Source: a virus
Taxonomy: Duplodnaviria; Caudoviricetes
Length of the DNA stretch: 50,163 nucleotides
Reading direction: 5' to 3' (one strand)
IMG/VR virus record: IMGVR_UViG_3300032335_001351
Coordinates: 1-50,163 of that record
Below the pieces are notes generated by a model. It made no database searches. It was not told where the DNA came from and worked only from the letters and a program-made list of their open reading frames with translations. Made by a program: the position numbers and the translations under genes. This document shows positions 12,001-21,420 of the stretch, piece by piece. Each line of letters begins with the position of its first letter. Position 1 is the stretch's first letter.

Positions 12001-12548
12001 CGCACACCAAGAATGTTTTGACGATTACCTGGACGACCCACACGCTGTGAGTTTACTAGCGCGGCGTTGAGTACGGCTGTGAATTGTTCTTGCCAGTCTG
12101 GATTGGTGGGGTCAGCCCAGTTCACTGTGACGTTGCTGAGATTCACGCCCTGGTAATCTTGAACTTGTTCAGTAGTGGTAACACTGAACACCTTGAGTAG
12201 GCCTTGTGCTGCGGTGTTGCGCTTGGCAGTGTAGCTCACAAGATTGGCCAAGCGAACCACTGAGTCACGTCGCTCGGCTGTGTCAATATAGTTTTCTCGA
12301 GTGTTGAGGTCAGTACGGAAGGCCAGGGCCTGTCCCATGAACGCAATTACATCCAGCAAAGCAATGAATTCTGACGACTCAATGTAGTCGTTGAATGTTT
12401 CAGGGTAGTACAAACGCAAATAATCAATAAAACTCTTGCGCAGAGTTTCAAAATCATAGCTTTGGAAATCGGCTTCGCGATAGGTTTGATAGATCTGTTT
12501 CCAGTCTTCAACTCCAAAGATTGCTGTTTGACGTGTGGTTTGTGCCAT
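9087..12548 (-). CDS. gp6: Baseplate wedge subunit (T4 gp6-like)
   Basis: 1153 aa. The N-terminus has DFQSYDFETLRKSFIDYLR...SEFIALLDVIAF...ENYIDTAERRDSVVRLANLVSY, and the internal EPIAQIKQRAPARYYTQNRMVNGEDY is typical of gp6/baseplate J. Adjacent to a gp25-like gene. Confidence 0.85.
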   Translation of the reverse strand: MAQTTRQTAIFGVEDWKQIYQTYREADFQSYDFETLRKSFIDYLRLYYPETFNDYIESSEFIALLDVIAFMGQALAFRTDLNTRENYIDTAERRDSVVRLANLVSYTAKRNTAAQGLLKVFSVTTTEQVQDYQGVNLSNVTVNWADPTNPDWQEQFTAVLNAALVNSQRVGRPGNRQNILGVRTDEYAVNLVPGYLPVIPYNATVDGISMPFEAMTSTAVGRDYLYEPAPQPNQPFNILYRNDQLGFQSANTGYFFMFKQGVLQNQDFNLAERIANRTVDINIEGINNEDRWLFQLDNVGNVAREWLYQENIYSAAAEQLGTTLRPIYTVTSRANDQITMVFGDGVFSEIPVGTYRAYVRASNGLQYIINPEEMQAVTLPISYISRSGNLETITFVCGITQPVSNSQAREPIAQIKQRAPARYYTQNRMVNGEDYNLFPYTTYNSILKSKALNRASIGTSRYLDLVDNTGKYSSTNTFGSDGAIWRNNVLPTLLFSWTNRNEIADFITNQVQPQLLLPTMLQFYYENFPRKSVNTGITAGSTWYQSTTLANETTGYFRNAAGTPIPIGPTLSTTNPFYYAVVNSLIKFVAPTGYYFDSNNRLQQGTPTRANEKLEIWASPLRVIDTGYNNGLGNLANGQGPVTINNFVPTGAIVDTVIPLFVTDLPLSIEQQIAEQIVLFRNFGLGYDNDGSVTGTPYTWYIITQQNLAANATWSQQYAGNTSGANLDASWMAQFVVQNQNYTVTFRGLAYYFGSVLQTRFFFYDDQQVYDSRTGTVIKDFVNVLAMNSQPDSAASLGTDIYTTIIGQPVESDGYVDDFQVLVSYRDSDNDGIPDNPDFFNEIVDPDTNPNEKLIFLQRTVDFDNLQRYLLVEPDRVNSEYATLNAIEVVKTEYTPGQIFYAYNQNPSQVNNPGAFYELLIDATGVRTLVLTTEWIARTGRQALYYQYRHNAPLTNRIDPGTTNIIDLYVVTQEYYTAYQNWIRDTTGTVPEPAMPTIDELNTAYQGLQNYKMISDNIVLNSVFFKPLFGAKAATELRATIKVIRAQGSTASTSEIKSSVIAAMNDYFSIDKWNFGDTFYFSELAAYLHRTLGTIISSVVLVPLDPQKSFGDLYEIRSEPSEIFANAATIDNIEVIEALTSTNLRTAPGSGVI

Positions 12549-12598
12549 TTTGGTCTAATGCCTTGTCGTTTATTTACCGACAAGCAAAAACGGCGTAG

Positions 12599-12976
12599 TT
12601 ATACGTAGCTGGCTCTACGTTGTTCAAGATCAAAGAACAATGCCAAACGTTCAGCGTCGGTGCTGGGCAACACTTCTAGTTCTAACTCAATCAAGATACC
12701 ATTGAGCTGCGGATATATCTGTACGTCTGTGATCTGTATGCGTGGGTCTCCGCCGGCCACACGCTGCACTTCGTTTACAATGTTGGTACTGACTTGCTCC
12801 ACTTGGTTTTCAAACAAGAAGTCCCACAGCACTGTGCCATAGGCTGGTCGTCCTGGTAACTGCCCTTGACGAATGTTAAAGGCATTGAGTAAGTCTCGTT
12901 TGATCAATTCAAACCCGGTAAGGGTAAACTTTTTGAACTGCCCTTGAGTGTTGAAACCAATGAATGTTTGCGCCAT
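12599..12976 (-). CDS. gp25: Baseplate wedge protein, gp25/GPW-like
   Basis: LIKRDLLNAFNIRQGQLPGRPAYGTVLWDFLFE...DPRI matches the gp25 pattern. The start is moved to MAQTF (12976), just downstream of TAAATA and clear of the upstream gene. Confidence 0.85.
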   Translation of the reverse strand: MAQTFIGFNTQGQFKKFTLTGFELIKRDLLNAFNIRQGQLPGRPAYGTVLWDFLFENQVEQVSTNIVNEVQRVAGGDPRIQITDVQIYPQLNGILIELELEVLPSTDAERLALFFDLEQRRASYV

Positions 12977-12986
12977 ACAGTATTTA

Positions 12987-14309
12987 TTAGCCCAATAAAC
13001 GGCCAGCAGCACCAGTTGCTGCACCAATGGCACCGGTTACTGCGCCAAGGGCTCCTTTGGCCGCTGCTGTGGCGTTGTCTACTGCTGCTGTGGCCAATGC
13101 AGCAGGATTTGGTACTCCGCTCAATGACGACAGTGCGCCACTCAAGGCTGGTATAGAACTCAGTGTGGGCAAAGACCCCAATGAGCCGCTGAGACTGCTC
13201 ACCGCTGAACTCACCGCAGCAGCCACAGACGACGGTGACGGTGCAAAACTTGGTACTGGTATCTTGGCACTGCCCAGCACACGAGTGGTGGCTGCATTGA
13301 TACCCAGTCGATTCACAGAATCCACAACGGCTGTGGGAATTTCTTCAGCTTTGAAACTATCAGGTATCTTGGCATTGGCAAGGTTTACACCAAATTGGGC
13401 ATTTTTCAATTGTGACAACACTTTGCTGGGATCCGGCAGTGAACTCAATGCGCCCTTGGCCAAGTCGCTGAGGGCTCCAGCTTGTCCAGCCAAACTGGCT
13501 GATGCTAGCCCCAATCCAGCAGTGAGTGAAGAGGGCAATCCTCCCAAGCTGCCTGACAGCTTGGTTACTTGTTGCAAACCGTTGTTCATCAAGGTTTGTT
13601 GAATGTTGTTTTGTGCACCAGCATTGTTCAGCAAACTTCCTATGTTTGTGATTCCATCTTTGCCAGTAAATGCTGCTGGACTTTTGAGCACTGAACTCAA
13701 GCTACTGCCACTGTCTACCAGTGCACTCATGCCTGGTTTTAGTATACCAGCAGATTCTAGCTGCGATGCATTTAGAGCAAAACTGCCAGCACCAACATTG
13801 CTCAATACTGAAGACGCTTGGCCAGCTAGATTTTTTGCTGTGGCCAAGGCCGAAGTCACTTCTGATGTGGCCATGTTGGCAATGGGGCCCACTGCTGGTA
13901 TGCTCTTGGCAAAGTTGGCAATGTTGATTTCGCCTGCAAGAGGCGTACTGCCTGCTGCTGTGGCCACTGAACTTGCTAGACCTTTTACTGTGGCTGTGGC
14001 TGAAGCCAGCGCACCTGATGCCAATGCTCCCACTTGTCCCACAGCGCCAGTGATGCCAGCACCCAAGGCGCCCACACGACCACTCAAGGCCTGGCCCACT
14101 TGCGAAGTGGCTGCTGACAGTCCTTGCGCGGCTTGGGTAGCAGCACTGATCACTGCACCAGGTTTGATGCCAGCAAAAGCACCAACATCCAATTGTTTTT
14201 CAAAAATTTGCCGAGCTTGTTCTTGAGTAAGGCCGGCTGGACCTTTGACTTCAATAGTGCCAGCTGTGCCTGGCGGTGCACCAGGAATGGTAAAAGTAAA
14301 TGTAGACAT
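12987..14309 (-). CDS. Ala/Gly/Ser-rich baseplate-associated hypothetical protein
   Basis: 440-aa low-complexity ORF whose start overlaps the gp5-like stop (TAATG); it lies between the gp5- and gp25-like genes. Confidence 0.75.
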   Translation of the reverse strand: MSTFTFTIPGAPPGTAGTIEVKGPAGLTQEQARQIFEKQLDVGAFAGIKPGAVISAATQAAQGLSAATSQVGQALSGRVGALGAGITGAVGQVGALASGALASATATVKGLASSVATAAGSTPLAGEINIANFAKSIPAVGPIANMATSEVTSALATAKNLAGQASSVLSNVGAGSFALNASQLESAGILKPGMSALVDSGSSLSSVLKSPAAFTGKDGITNIGSLLNNAGAQNNIQQTLMNNGLQQVTKLSGSLGGLPSSLTAGLGLASASLAGQAGALSDLAKGALSSLPDPSKVLSQLKNAQFGVNLANAKIPDSFKAEEIPTAVVDSVNRLGINAATTRVLGSAKIPVPSFAPSPSSVAAAVSSAVSSLSGSLGSLPTLSSIPALSGALSSLSGVPNPAALATAAVDNATAAAKGALGAVTGAIGAATGAAGRLLG

Positions 14310-15817
14310 TATCTTGCTACCAATTCTACTCCAGCCGGAACTGGGTCAGATCCTGGCGGGGGCGAAGAATCTCCTGATTCAAAACTGATTTCCACATCCA
14401 CACCAAGATTGTGATAAGGATAAGGTTCATGCGTGGGGGCTCGACTCACTATGCTTTCCAGTGCACCAACATCTTTGATCCAACCTTCGCTGTTGGTAAA
14501 CTTGGTATCGTCCAATTTGGTCTTGGTTATGGGGTTGGGTGCTTTCACTGTGCCGGCTGCTGGACCGTTGAGATCAATGCCACCGGCCTTGAACACCAGG
14601 CTGTCGCCACCGCCCCAGCTGCCACCAGCACTGTTGAGAGTCAATGTGCCGTCGGCTTTGACGCCTATAGTGCTTTTGCTGTACATAGTCATGGCTTGCT
14701 GACTGGTCATGGTCAAGGTAGTCACTGCTTCAATGTGTGTGGCAGCATTGCTTTTGATGCTGACATCACGTCCAGCAAACATGTTGATGTCGCGGTCTGC
14801 ATGCAAGTTGATATCGCCCTTGGTACGCAAGTTGATGCTGTTGGTAGCATACACATCCAAGGTGCCTTCTTGTCCCAGTTCAATCCAGGCTTGACCGTTA
14901 GCATGAATGATGTAGAGAAAGTTTCCAGTGTCGTTCAGTGTGATTTGATGTCCTTTGCTGCTGCGCAATCTCAATAGAGCATTGTTGCCTTCAAGGTCTC
15001 CATCATCCATGACCAGACTATGGCCGCCTACCCGACCAATCACTCGCACTTCGTCTGGTCGCACTGAACCACTTTGAATTTTCTGCCTAATGTCGTCGGG
15101 CTTGAGGCCACCTTCATAGATGGCTGTGCCCGGCGTAGAAACACCAAACACAGCACTGGGGGTTTCTCGTTGACTGCTACTCTGTATAGGACCGCGTTCA
15201 GGATCTTTGATCAGGCCTTGCTGGAACATGGCTCCAGCCACATAGCTTTGCACTGGTTTAGTTTTGTTATAGAACTGCGGGTCGTTGAAGTCTTTGATGT
15301 TGTTGATGTTGAGCTCGGTCACAGGCAGTCGTTCGGCCGAACCCATGTAGGCTTCTTGATTGGCGTTGGTGATTTTGTATTGGTCCGTTGCACCGATGGC
15401 TGGCACCATGTGTCCTTGTCCTGAATCAGGAATGACACCCACATAATATCCCAGTCTACGATCACCGTTGACAAAAAAGCACATCACAGTGATGCCAAGA
15501 TCAGGGGGAGTAAACCACATGCCATAACTGCACTGATTGCCTGGATACTTGCCCACATCTGAGTTGCTGCCTGAGGCTGTTGGAGGCGGTGTTGAGCCAA
15601 AAAACGGGCTGAGATAGCTCACTGTGACCCAGCGGCTGCTGTCACTCATGTCGCCGTCACTGAATGCTTCAATGTACACTTGCAGACGCCCTGACCGTGT
15701 GGGATCCACATTGTTCATGACAACGCCCGAAAACGGTCCTGGTTCAGTGGGTACACCACCTCGGTCCAATCGATAATTTTCTGGTAAACCGCGACTGCGG
15801 CTAATATTCTCTGGCAT
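14309..15817 (-). CDS. gp5: Baseplate central spike, gp5/VgrG OB-fold protein
   Basis: GVVMNNVDPTRSGRLQVYI and SYGMWFTPPDLGITVMCFF fit a Gp5 OB-fold. GHSLVMDDG / SSKGHQITLND and beta-helix-like repeats (INLRTKGDINLHADRDINMFAG) follow. Confidence 0.8.
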   Translation of the reverse strand: MPENISRSRGLPENYRLDRGGVPTEPGPFSGVVMNNVDPTRSGRLQVYIEAFSDGDMSDSSRWVTVSYLSPFFGSTPPPTASGSNSDVGKYPGNQCSYGMWFTPPDLGITVMCFFVNGDRRLGYYVGVIPDSGQGHMVPAIGATDQYKITNANQEAYMGSAERLPVTELNINNIKDFNDPQFYNKTKPVQSYVAGAMFQQGLIKDPERGPIQSSSQRETPSAVFGVSTPGTAIYEGGLKPDDIRQKIQSGSVRPDEVRVIGRVGGHSLVMDDGDLEGNNALLRLRSSKGHQITLNDTGNFLYIIHANGQAWIELGQEGTLDVYATNSINLRTKGDINLHADRDINMFAGRDVSIKSNAATHIEAVTTLTMTSQQAMTMYSKSTIGVKADGTLTLNSAGGSWGGGDSLVFKAGGIDLNGPAAGTVKAPNPITKTKLDDTKFTNSEGWIKDVGALESIVSRAPTHEPYPYHNLGVDVEISFESGDSSPPPGSDPVPAGVELVAR

Positions 15818-15828
15818 TGATTATCCTA

Positions 15829-18800
15829 TCAAGGGTCTGGTGGTGCGGGCTGATCTTGTGCTACTACCGGTGCTCCGGTTTGTCCCAGCTTGAGTGGGGC
15901 TCTAAAATTTATGCCGCCCAGCGTCAGGCCATTGCTGTTTGGCAGTTGTGGCGTGGTTTGTGGCAGCAAATCATAAGTGATACTGCCCAGTGTTCCTGGC
16001 ACAGTTGATGGCTGTGATACTGGTGACAGTGCGGGCAAGCGCAGTCCAATCTGGCCTGACAATTGCGGTTGAGCAAAACCTGTGCCAGACCCCACACGCT
16101 GATTACCAGCAGCCAGAGCACTGTTGGCAAATAATTCTGTGGCATCTTCGTCGTCGCCAAAACCCACGCCTGATTTGGGTACACCAGGCGATGATGGTGC
16201 TTTGTTGTTGGTGACATTGGGTTTGGGGAAAATGTACAAAGCCCCGTGCAGCACTTGTTCAAACTTGCCGCCACGAAACTCGCTCACACATCTAGTGGCT
16301 TGATAGATATAGCTTTGAGTGGGCTGGCGATCGCCAGCAGGCTTGGTAGCCTTGCTGTAGGGATCAGCCACACCAGTGGCCATGTTGTAGTCTTCAGGAC
16401 GTTGCCAGGCAATCTCAAACATGACCTGACGACTGTCAAAATTTATAGTTCCGTCTGGAAGAAACGGGCTGTAGCTCCAGGTCTTGGGATCAAGACCAAA
16501 CGCCTGACTGCCTTGTTGTATCCAGGCTGGATCACCAATGATGCGTACTTGACATTCACCCAAGCTGGAAGGATCATACAGATACTCTGCTGCCGACGCT
16601 TGAATTTCTTGGCCACTGCCGCCAGGTGCTTGTGGCGCTCCTGCACTGTTTTCTCGACTGCGCGGTGCATAGTTAAAGTAGGGTATGTGCAACATGCTGC
16701 TGGTAAACAGTTTGCGAATGTTGGCAGCATCGTTTTGTTTGGGATTGTCTCCACTCACTGTGATATGATAGAGATAGTTGAAGTTGGCAGTGTAGTCAAC
16801 TACTGACGTATTTTCGCCTGTGAACCAATACTTGTAGCTTTTGTGAAGGCCTTTGAATTTGGGGCGAGGGAAAAATCTTGAGAAGAAATTTGTAACTGAC
16901 ATCTTGCTCACAATGTACTTGATATTGTAGGCATAGTCGTTGCGCAGTTCGTCATATTGGCCTTGGCGCACTTCCATGGTGATCTGATACCAATTCATTT
17001 CTCCCACCAGGCGGTCCACATCACCGGGGTCGCTGAGGCCAGTGGTCACATCGTTTTTGCTCAAGGCCTGATTGTAGATATAGCTGCTGTTGCGTATGGC
17101 CAACTCAATGGTTTGGCTGATCTGTTGTCCAGCAGTGATGGCAAACAAGCGAGTGTCGTAGTCTGTATAGAGTTTTTCTTGTAGTTTTGAATCAGGATCT
17201 TGTGCCAAGGCCATGGGCACTTGTGTCTTGTCTTTGATCTGACCAGGAAGAATCAACTGTGCTGCGGCAATGTCCTCAGCACCAGCAGCAAATTCTATGT
17301 CATATGCATCAGCCACGCCATATACACCTTGCTTGACCAAATTTTGCATGTGTTCGTTGATGGCAGCCATAAGACCTTGTGGCACAGCACGTTTGTTGGG
17401 TGCTGTGTTGGCCTTGGCCGGCGCTGGACTGCCTGCTGGAGTAGCGCCAGAGGCAGTGCTACTCTGCCCCGGAGCAGCCGCGGCTGCTGTGGCTGCTTTG
17501 GCATCACCAGCCAACAGTTTGCCCACAGTGGTACTGGCCAGTTCAACATCAAATGGCACAGTGCCACGACGACTATTGAGTCCCACAATTTGCCCCACAG
17601 GGGCGCCCACAAAGTCATATGTGACCAGTTTGCTGCTGACACCAAAATTGATGTCTTGAATTAGGAATGGAATGTATTTTTCAATCACGGCGCCGCCGGG
17701 GCCACCAGCACGCACTGGTGACACTAGACTGCCCCCTGAATCATACCCATAGAATCTAATGGCCATGAGATACACACAACTCACATAGTTGACTTCGCCT
17801 GCAGAATTTTTTGGTGCAAAATCTTGCACAGCTTGATGCAGTCGATCAATCAAGGTAATTCCATTGGGCTCAATCACTGTGAATTTGATTTCGCTGACCA
17901 TGTGTGCGGCTGTGGTAACTTTGCCTGGCAAAGCGTTGTCTATTGTGACGCTGTCAATGTAGAAGTCTAGATCAAATGCAGGATTGCGACCAGCGTTGGG
18001 GCCGCTAGCGTTGGCTTTGTTGTAGGCTGATCCTTGAAATCCGCCTTGGTTTACTGGAGCGCCACCGCTCTGGAACAATAATTGGTAACCATTGATGTTG
18101 GCTCGTCTTGACGCTACCATTTGGTTGTACTGCTCATTGGTCACCAGGTAAACTGACGCAGACCACGTGTAACTGGCATAGAGATCCAAGGCGTTGGGCT
18201 GTGGTGTGACTTGATCGTCATTGCCCGCAGCATTGACCGTGGCCTGAGCTGTGGTGGTGCTGGAGTTGGCTGCATCGTCATTGGTGGGCGTGCCTGGATT
18301 GGTGGGTGCAGTAGTGGGACCAAATCTAGTAGGACCAAACGCTTCAGCATCGCTTCTAGCTGCTTCTTCCGCGGCTATAGCAGCATCCTCGGCTGCCAAA
18401 ACTCCAGTAGGATCCTGTGGCCCACGAGACAATCTATCAAACACTGACACGTCGTCATCACCAAAGCCTGGCGCTGGCCTTGGGCCTGTGCTGACTTGAT
18501 CTTGTCCGCCAGTAGCCTGCGTATTTGTGGTTGTTCGAACAGGATCATCAGTGCCACGGTCAACATCGCCTGTGGCTGATGTGGACGTTGGAGTAGCAGT
18601 GGTGGGTGTAGTGGTAGCTGGCGGAGTGACAATGCGTCCATCAGACGTAATCTTTTGAGTGGATGGGCCATCTTCATTGACCACTTGCTGACCAGCTGAC
18701 TTGACTGGCTCAGGCGGTGTAGGACCAAATGTGGTGGGGCCAAATGCTTCAGCATCGCTCTGTGCTGCTGCTTCTGCAGCTGAAACGCCTGCAGGCGGCA

Positions 18801-19083
18801 GTGTTAGCGGCGCAGTTGAGCTGGTCTCACTGGCTGTGACTGTGGCTGTAGCGGCGTAGCTGAAACGCTCTGGTACATTACGTCTGTTGAATCCAGGCTG
18901 TCCTGGTTCTTTGTTGCTAATGATTTTAACATTTACTGTCAAAGGACCAAACGTTGTTTTGCTCCCCCCGCCAAAGTAGGCTAGAGCCTGAGCACGACCC
19001 TGTGCAACTGCCGCAGCTTCAGCAGCTTCGGCTGTGGCGGCAGTAACAGTATTGACAAATTTTTCAACTGGACTAACGGCCAT
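15829..19083 (-). CDS. Large baseplate hub-like protein with low-complexity N-terminal repeats
   Basis: 1084 aa between the gp53- and gp5-like genes. It contains IKFTVIEPNGITLIDRL, VRIIGDPAWIQQ and YQATRCVSEFRGGKFEQVL, reminiscent of gp27/hub-type folds. Confidence 0.65.
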   Translation of the reverse strand: MAVSPVEKFVNTVTAATAEAAEAAAVAQGRAQALAYFGGGSKTTFGPLTVNVKIISNKEPGQPGFNRRNVPERFSYAATATVTASETSSTAPLTLPPAGVSAAEAAAQSDAEAFGPTTFGPTPPEPVKSAGQQVVNEDGPSTQKITSDGRIVTPPATTTPTTATPTSTSATGDVDRGTDDPVRTTTNTQATGGQDQVSTGPRPAPGFGDDDVSVFDRLSRGPQDPTGVLAAEDAAIAAEEAARSDAEAFGPTRFGPTTAPTNPGTPTNDDAANSSTTTAQATVNAAGNDDQVTPQPNALDLYASYTWSASVYLVTNEQYNQMVASRRANINGYQLLFQSGGAPVNQGGFQGSAYNKANASGPNAGRNPAFDLDFYIDSVTIDNALPGKVTTAAHMVSEIKFTVIEPNGITLIDRLHQAVQDFAPKNSAGEVNYVSCVYLMAIRFYGYDSGGSLVSPVRAGGPGGAVIEKYIPFLIQDINFGVSSKLVTYDFVGAPVGQIVGLNSRRGTVPFDVELASTTVGKLLAGDAKAATAAAAAPGQSSTASGATPAGSPAPAKANTAPNKRAVPQGLMAAINEHMQNLVKQGVYGVADAYDIEFAAGAEDIAAAQLILPGQIKDKTQVPMALAQDPDSKLQEKLYTDYDTRLFAITAGQQISQTIELAIRNSSYIYNQALSKNDVTTGLSDPGDVDRLVGEMNWYQITMEVRQGQYDELRNDYAYNIKYIVSKMSVTNFFSRFFPRPKFKGLHKSYKYWFTGENTSVVDYTANFNYLYHITVSGDNPKQNDAANIRKLFTSSMLHIPYFNYAPRSRENSAGAPQAPGGSGQEIQASAAEYLYDPSSLGECQVRIIGDPAWIQQGSQAFGLDPKTWSYSPFLPDGTINFDSRQVMFEIAWQRPEDYNMATGVADPYSKATKPAGDRQPTQSYIYQATRCVSEFRGGKFEQVLHGALYIFPKPNVTNNKAPSSPGVPKSGVGFGDDEDATELFANSALAAGNQRVGSGTGFAQPQLSGQIGLRLPALSPVSQPSTVPGTLGSITYDLLPQTTPQLPNSNGLTLGGINFRAPLKLGQTGAPVVAQDQPAPPDP

Positions 19084-19086
19084 GGT

Positions 19087-19386
19087 TTAGAATCCCAGTG
19101 TGCTGCGCAAGGTAGACAACTTGGGCAAGAATATGGTTCGTCCCACAGCAAAGTCCAAGGGCGGTGCTGTGAGTGTGTTGGGGTTGCGCTGATAGAACAC
19201 CCACCACAGTGTGGGCGTGCCGTAGAGGTCATAGGCCAACATGTCGGGCCTGTACTGGTAAGTGAGATTGATCTCAAACGACAAGTCATCATCCTCTTTG
19301 GGAATGACACGGTTTTCCATCACATCAAGATAGAACTGTGTGACCGGAGTGTTGTAATAAGGACTGGTGGTATCGTACGTGGCCAT
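19087..19386 (-). CDS. gp53: Baseplate wedge protein, gp53/LysM-like
   Basis: 99 aa with the motif YQYRPDMLAYDLYGTPTLWWVFYQRN...IFLP. Confidence 0.8.
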   Translation of the reverse strand: MATYDTTSPYYNTPVTQFYLDVMENRVIPKEDDDLSFEINLTYQYRPDMLAYDLYGTPTLWWVFYQRNPNTLTAPPLDFAVGRTIFLPKLSTLRSTLGF

Positions 19387-21305
19387 TACCAGTAACCTCC
19401 CTTGAGCAAGTTGCCATTGGCAAAATTCTTGAGTGAAAATTCACGACTCATCTGTGCACGACTCTGTACTGGTTTCAGCACCAGTTGAATTTCCATCTTG
19501 GTGGGCACATAGGTACTGCGCACAGTGTTGTTGACGCCACCAGTGACTGGTCCAGGTGCAGGTCTTGTGGGTTCAGCGCCAGGGAATCCCAGCAGCTTGC
19601 TGGCAAGTAATCTGGCAGTGGTTCCCAGCAAGCTGCTGCCAGGAAAACTTTGCGAAGCTTGAGCTCGACGATTCAGCAAGTTTACGCCATAGTTGTTGAA
19701 ACCTGTGGCACGAATGTAGTCTACATCAGCTGGCAAGTTGTAGCTGAACTGGCTGAGCAAGCAGGCATGACCGTTGAACTGATATTCACCTAGACCAATC
19801 AGGTACACCAAAGGCGGCGGTGTGCCACGCTGTGCGTCCTGGCCATAAAACATCTTGGTGACTGAACGGAAGAAATGTATCACAGCCAAAAGATACTGAG
19901 CTTCGCGTGTGTCCTGTGCTGTGAATGTGGCGGTAATGTTGATGTCGCCCACAAAACTACCCTTGTAGAAATAGCCGCGATAGTTGCTGTGTGTGAGCTG
20001 TGTTTCATCATAGCCAGCATTGTAACTGGTGCTGATTTGTGGTGTGTAAGGAAAGATTACGCCATTGGCATCTTGCAGGGGTTTGAGTATGGCATTGTTG
20101 TCATCTTCGTAAAGATAGTTGGCACCACCGGCCAGCACCAAGCGCACACGCCAGTCTTGACTGCTGGGTTCTACATAGCGAGCCCGCAGCGTGGCCTGTT
20201 GATTGGCAAACACCTTGAATGAGTCACGTTGACTGATATCTTCTTCCGCTTCGGCGGCACGATACAGTTGACCATTGCGGAAAGTGTTGCCCAAACTGTC
20301 AGTGGTAAATTCTTCTTGATCGTTGCCAAATCCTGTGCCTGGCGGTGGCGGTGTAGGACCAAATGTGGTGGGGCCAAACGCTTCGGCATCACTTTGAGCA
20401 GCAGCTTCCTCTGCTAGAGCAGCATCTTCAGCTGCCAACACACCTGTGGGGTCTCGCACTGTTGCTAGGCTGCCAAATGCGTCAGCGTCACCTTGTGCTG
20501 CTTGTTGTGCTGCAATGGCAGCATCTTCTGCTGCTAGTACTCCTGTGGGATCTGCCACTGCTCGATTGATTCTAAATGCGTCAGCGTCATCTTCTGCGGC
20601 TTGTTGTGCTGCAATGGCAGCATCTTCTGCTGCCAACACACCTGTGGGGTCTCGCACTGTTGCTAGGCCGGCAAATGCATCTGCGTCACTTTGTGCTGCT
20701 TGTTGTTCAGCTATGGCAGCATCTTCTGCTGCCAACACACCATTGGGGTCACGTACTGTAGCTAGTCGATCAAACACTGTGGTGTCACCATCGCCAAAAC
20801 CTGTACCAGTGGCCACATTGGCTGGTGCACCTGCTGTGACAGGTGTGATAGGCGGCGGTGGATCTGTGACATTGGGTGGTGTGACAGACACTGGCTCTGT
20901 GCCTTGACCTGTGGGCGGAGCAGCTTGAGCTGACTCTACCTGTGCTTCAGCTTGTGTGAGCTGCCTTTGTGCTACAACAACATTGGACTGTGCTTGAGCT
21001 AGTTGATTTTGGTCGCGGGTGAGTTGTAGTTGGGCAGCACCAACTATGCTTTCCAAACTGCCTATACTGAAGTTTAGAAATTCCAGTCTTTCTGTGTCCA
21101 AAAACGCTGTTGGACTACTTTGCAATTCCTGGAGTTCACGTTGTCTAGATTGTAGCTGCTGAGTTGCGCGAGCCAAATTTGTCTGCGCATCGCCAACTCT
21201 ATCAAATGCTGTTAATTGGGCCACTCTTTGTTCAGCCTCCCGCAGATTCTGTCTAGCAGTCGACGCCTGAATCAGTGCCGTGAAAAGATTGTTGGGGTTG
21301 GTCAT
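19386..21305 (-). CDS. Tail-tube initiator/baseplate protein with N-terminal coiled coil and 33-aa repeats
   Basis: The C-terminal domain GVIFPYTPQISTSYNAGY...THSNY...ITATFTAQ...GTPPPLVYL resembles tube-fold baseplate proteins. The N-terminal half is Gln/Ala-rich with repeats. Confidence 0.65.
   Translation of the reverse strand: MTNPNNLFTALIQASTARQNLREAEQRVAQLTAFDRVGDAQTNLARATQQLQSRQRELQELQSSPTAFLDTERLEFLNFSIGSLESIVGAAQLQLTRDQNQLAQAQSNVVVAQRQLTQAEAQVESAQAAPPTGQGTEPVSVTPPNVTDPPPPITPVTAGAPANVATGTGFGDGDTTVFDRLATVRDPNGVLAAEDAAIAEQQAAQSDADAFAGLATVRDPTGVLAAEDAAIAAQQAAEDDADAFRINRAVADPTGVLAAEDAAIAAQQAAQGDADAFGSLATVRDPTGVLAAEDAALAEEAAAQSDAEAFGPTTFGPTPPPPGTGFGNDQEEFTTDSLGNTFRNGQLYRAAEAEEDISQRDSFKVFANQQATLRARYVEPSSQDWRVRLVLAGGANYLYEDDNNAILKPLQDANGVIFPYTPQISTSYNAGYDETQLTHSNYRGYFYKGSFVGDINITATFTAQDTREAQYLLAVIHFFRSVTKMFYGQDAQRGTPPPLVYLIGLGEYQFNGHACLLSQFSYNLPADVDYIRATGFNNYGVNLLNRRAQASQSFPGSSLLGTTARLLASKLLGFPGAEPTRPAPGPVTGGVNNTVRSTYVPTKMEIQLVLKPVQSRAQMSREFSLKNFANGNLLKGGYW
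20347..20770 (-). repeat. Four tandem ~99-nt (33-aa) coding repeats DP(T/N)GVLAAEDAA(I/L)A..AA..DA(D/E)AF
   Basis: Visible directly in the protein and DNA. Related copies occur at ~18320-18470 and ~18713-18790 in the neighbouring gene. Confidence 0.9.
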
Positions 21306-21366
21306 CGCAGTTTCCTATGTGTGTATTTACGCCTAGCAAAATCGGCTAACATTATACACAGAAAGG

Positions 21367-21399
21367 TTGACTTTTGTCGTTTTTCTGCTACAATAAATA
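21367..21399 (+). promoter_or_regulatory. Sigma70-type promoter overlapping a late TAAATA motif upstream of gp55
   Basis: TTGACT (21367-72), a 16-nt spacer ending TGC, then TACAAT (21389-94). TAAATA is at 21394-99 and SD AGGAG at 21406-10. Confidence 0.7.
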
Positions 21400-21420
21400 C
21401 TGTTTAGGAGAACATCCCCC

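Noticed and set aside
20347-20770. CRISPR-like array
   Set aside because: Units are in-frame 99-nt coding repeats with synonymous variation; there are no unique spacers and no cas genes.
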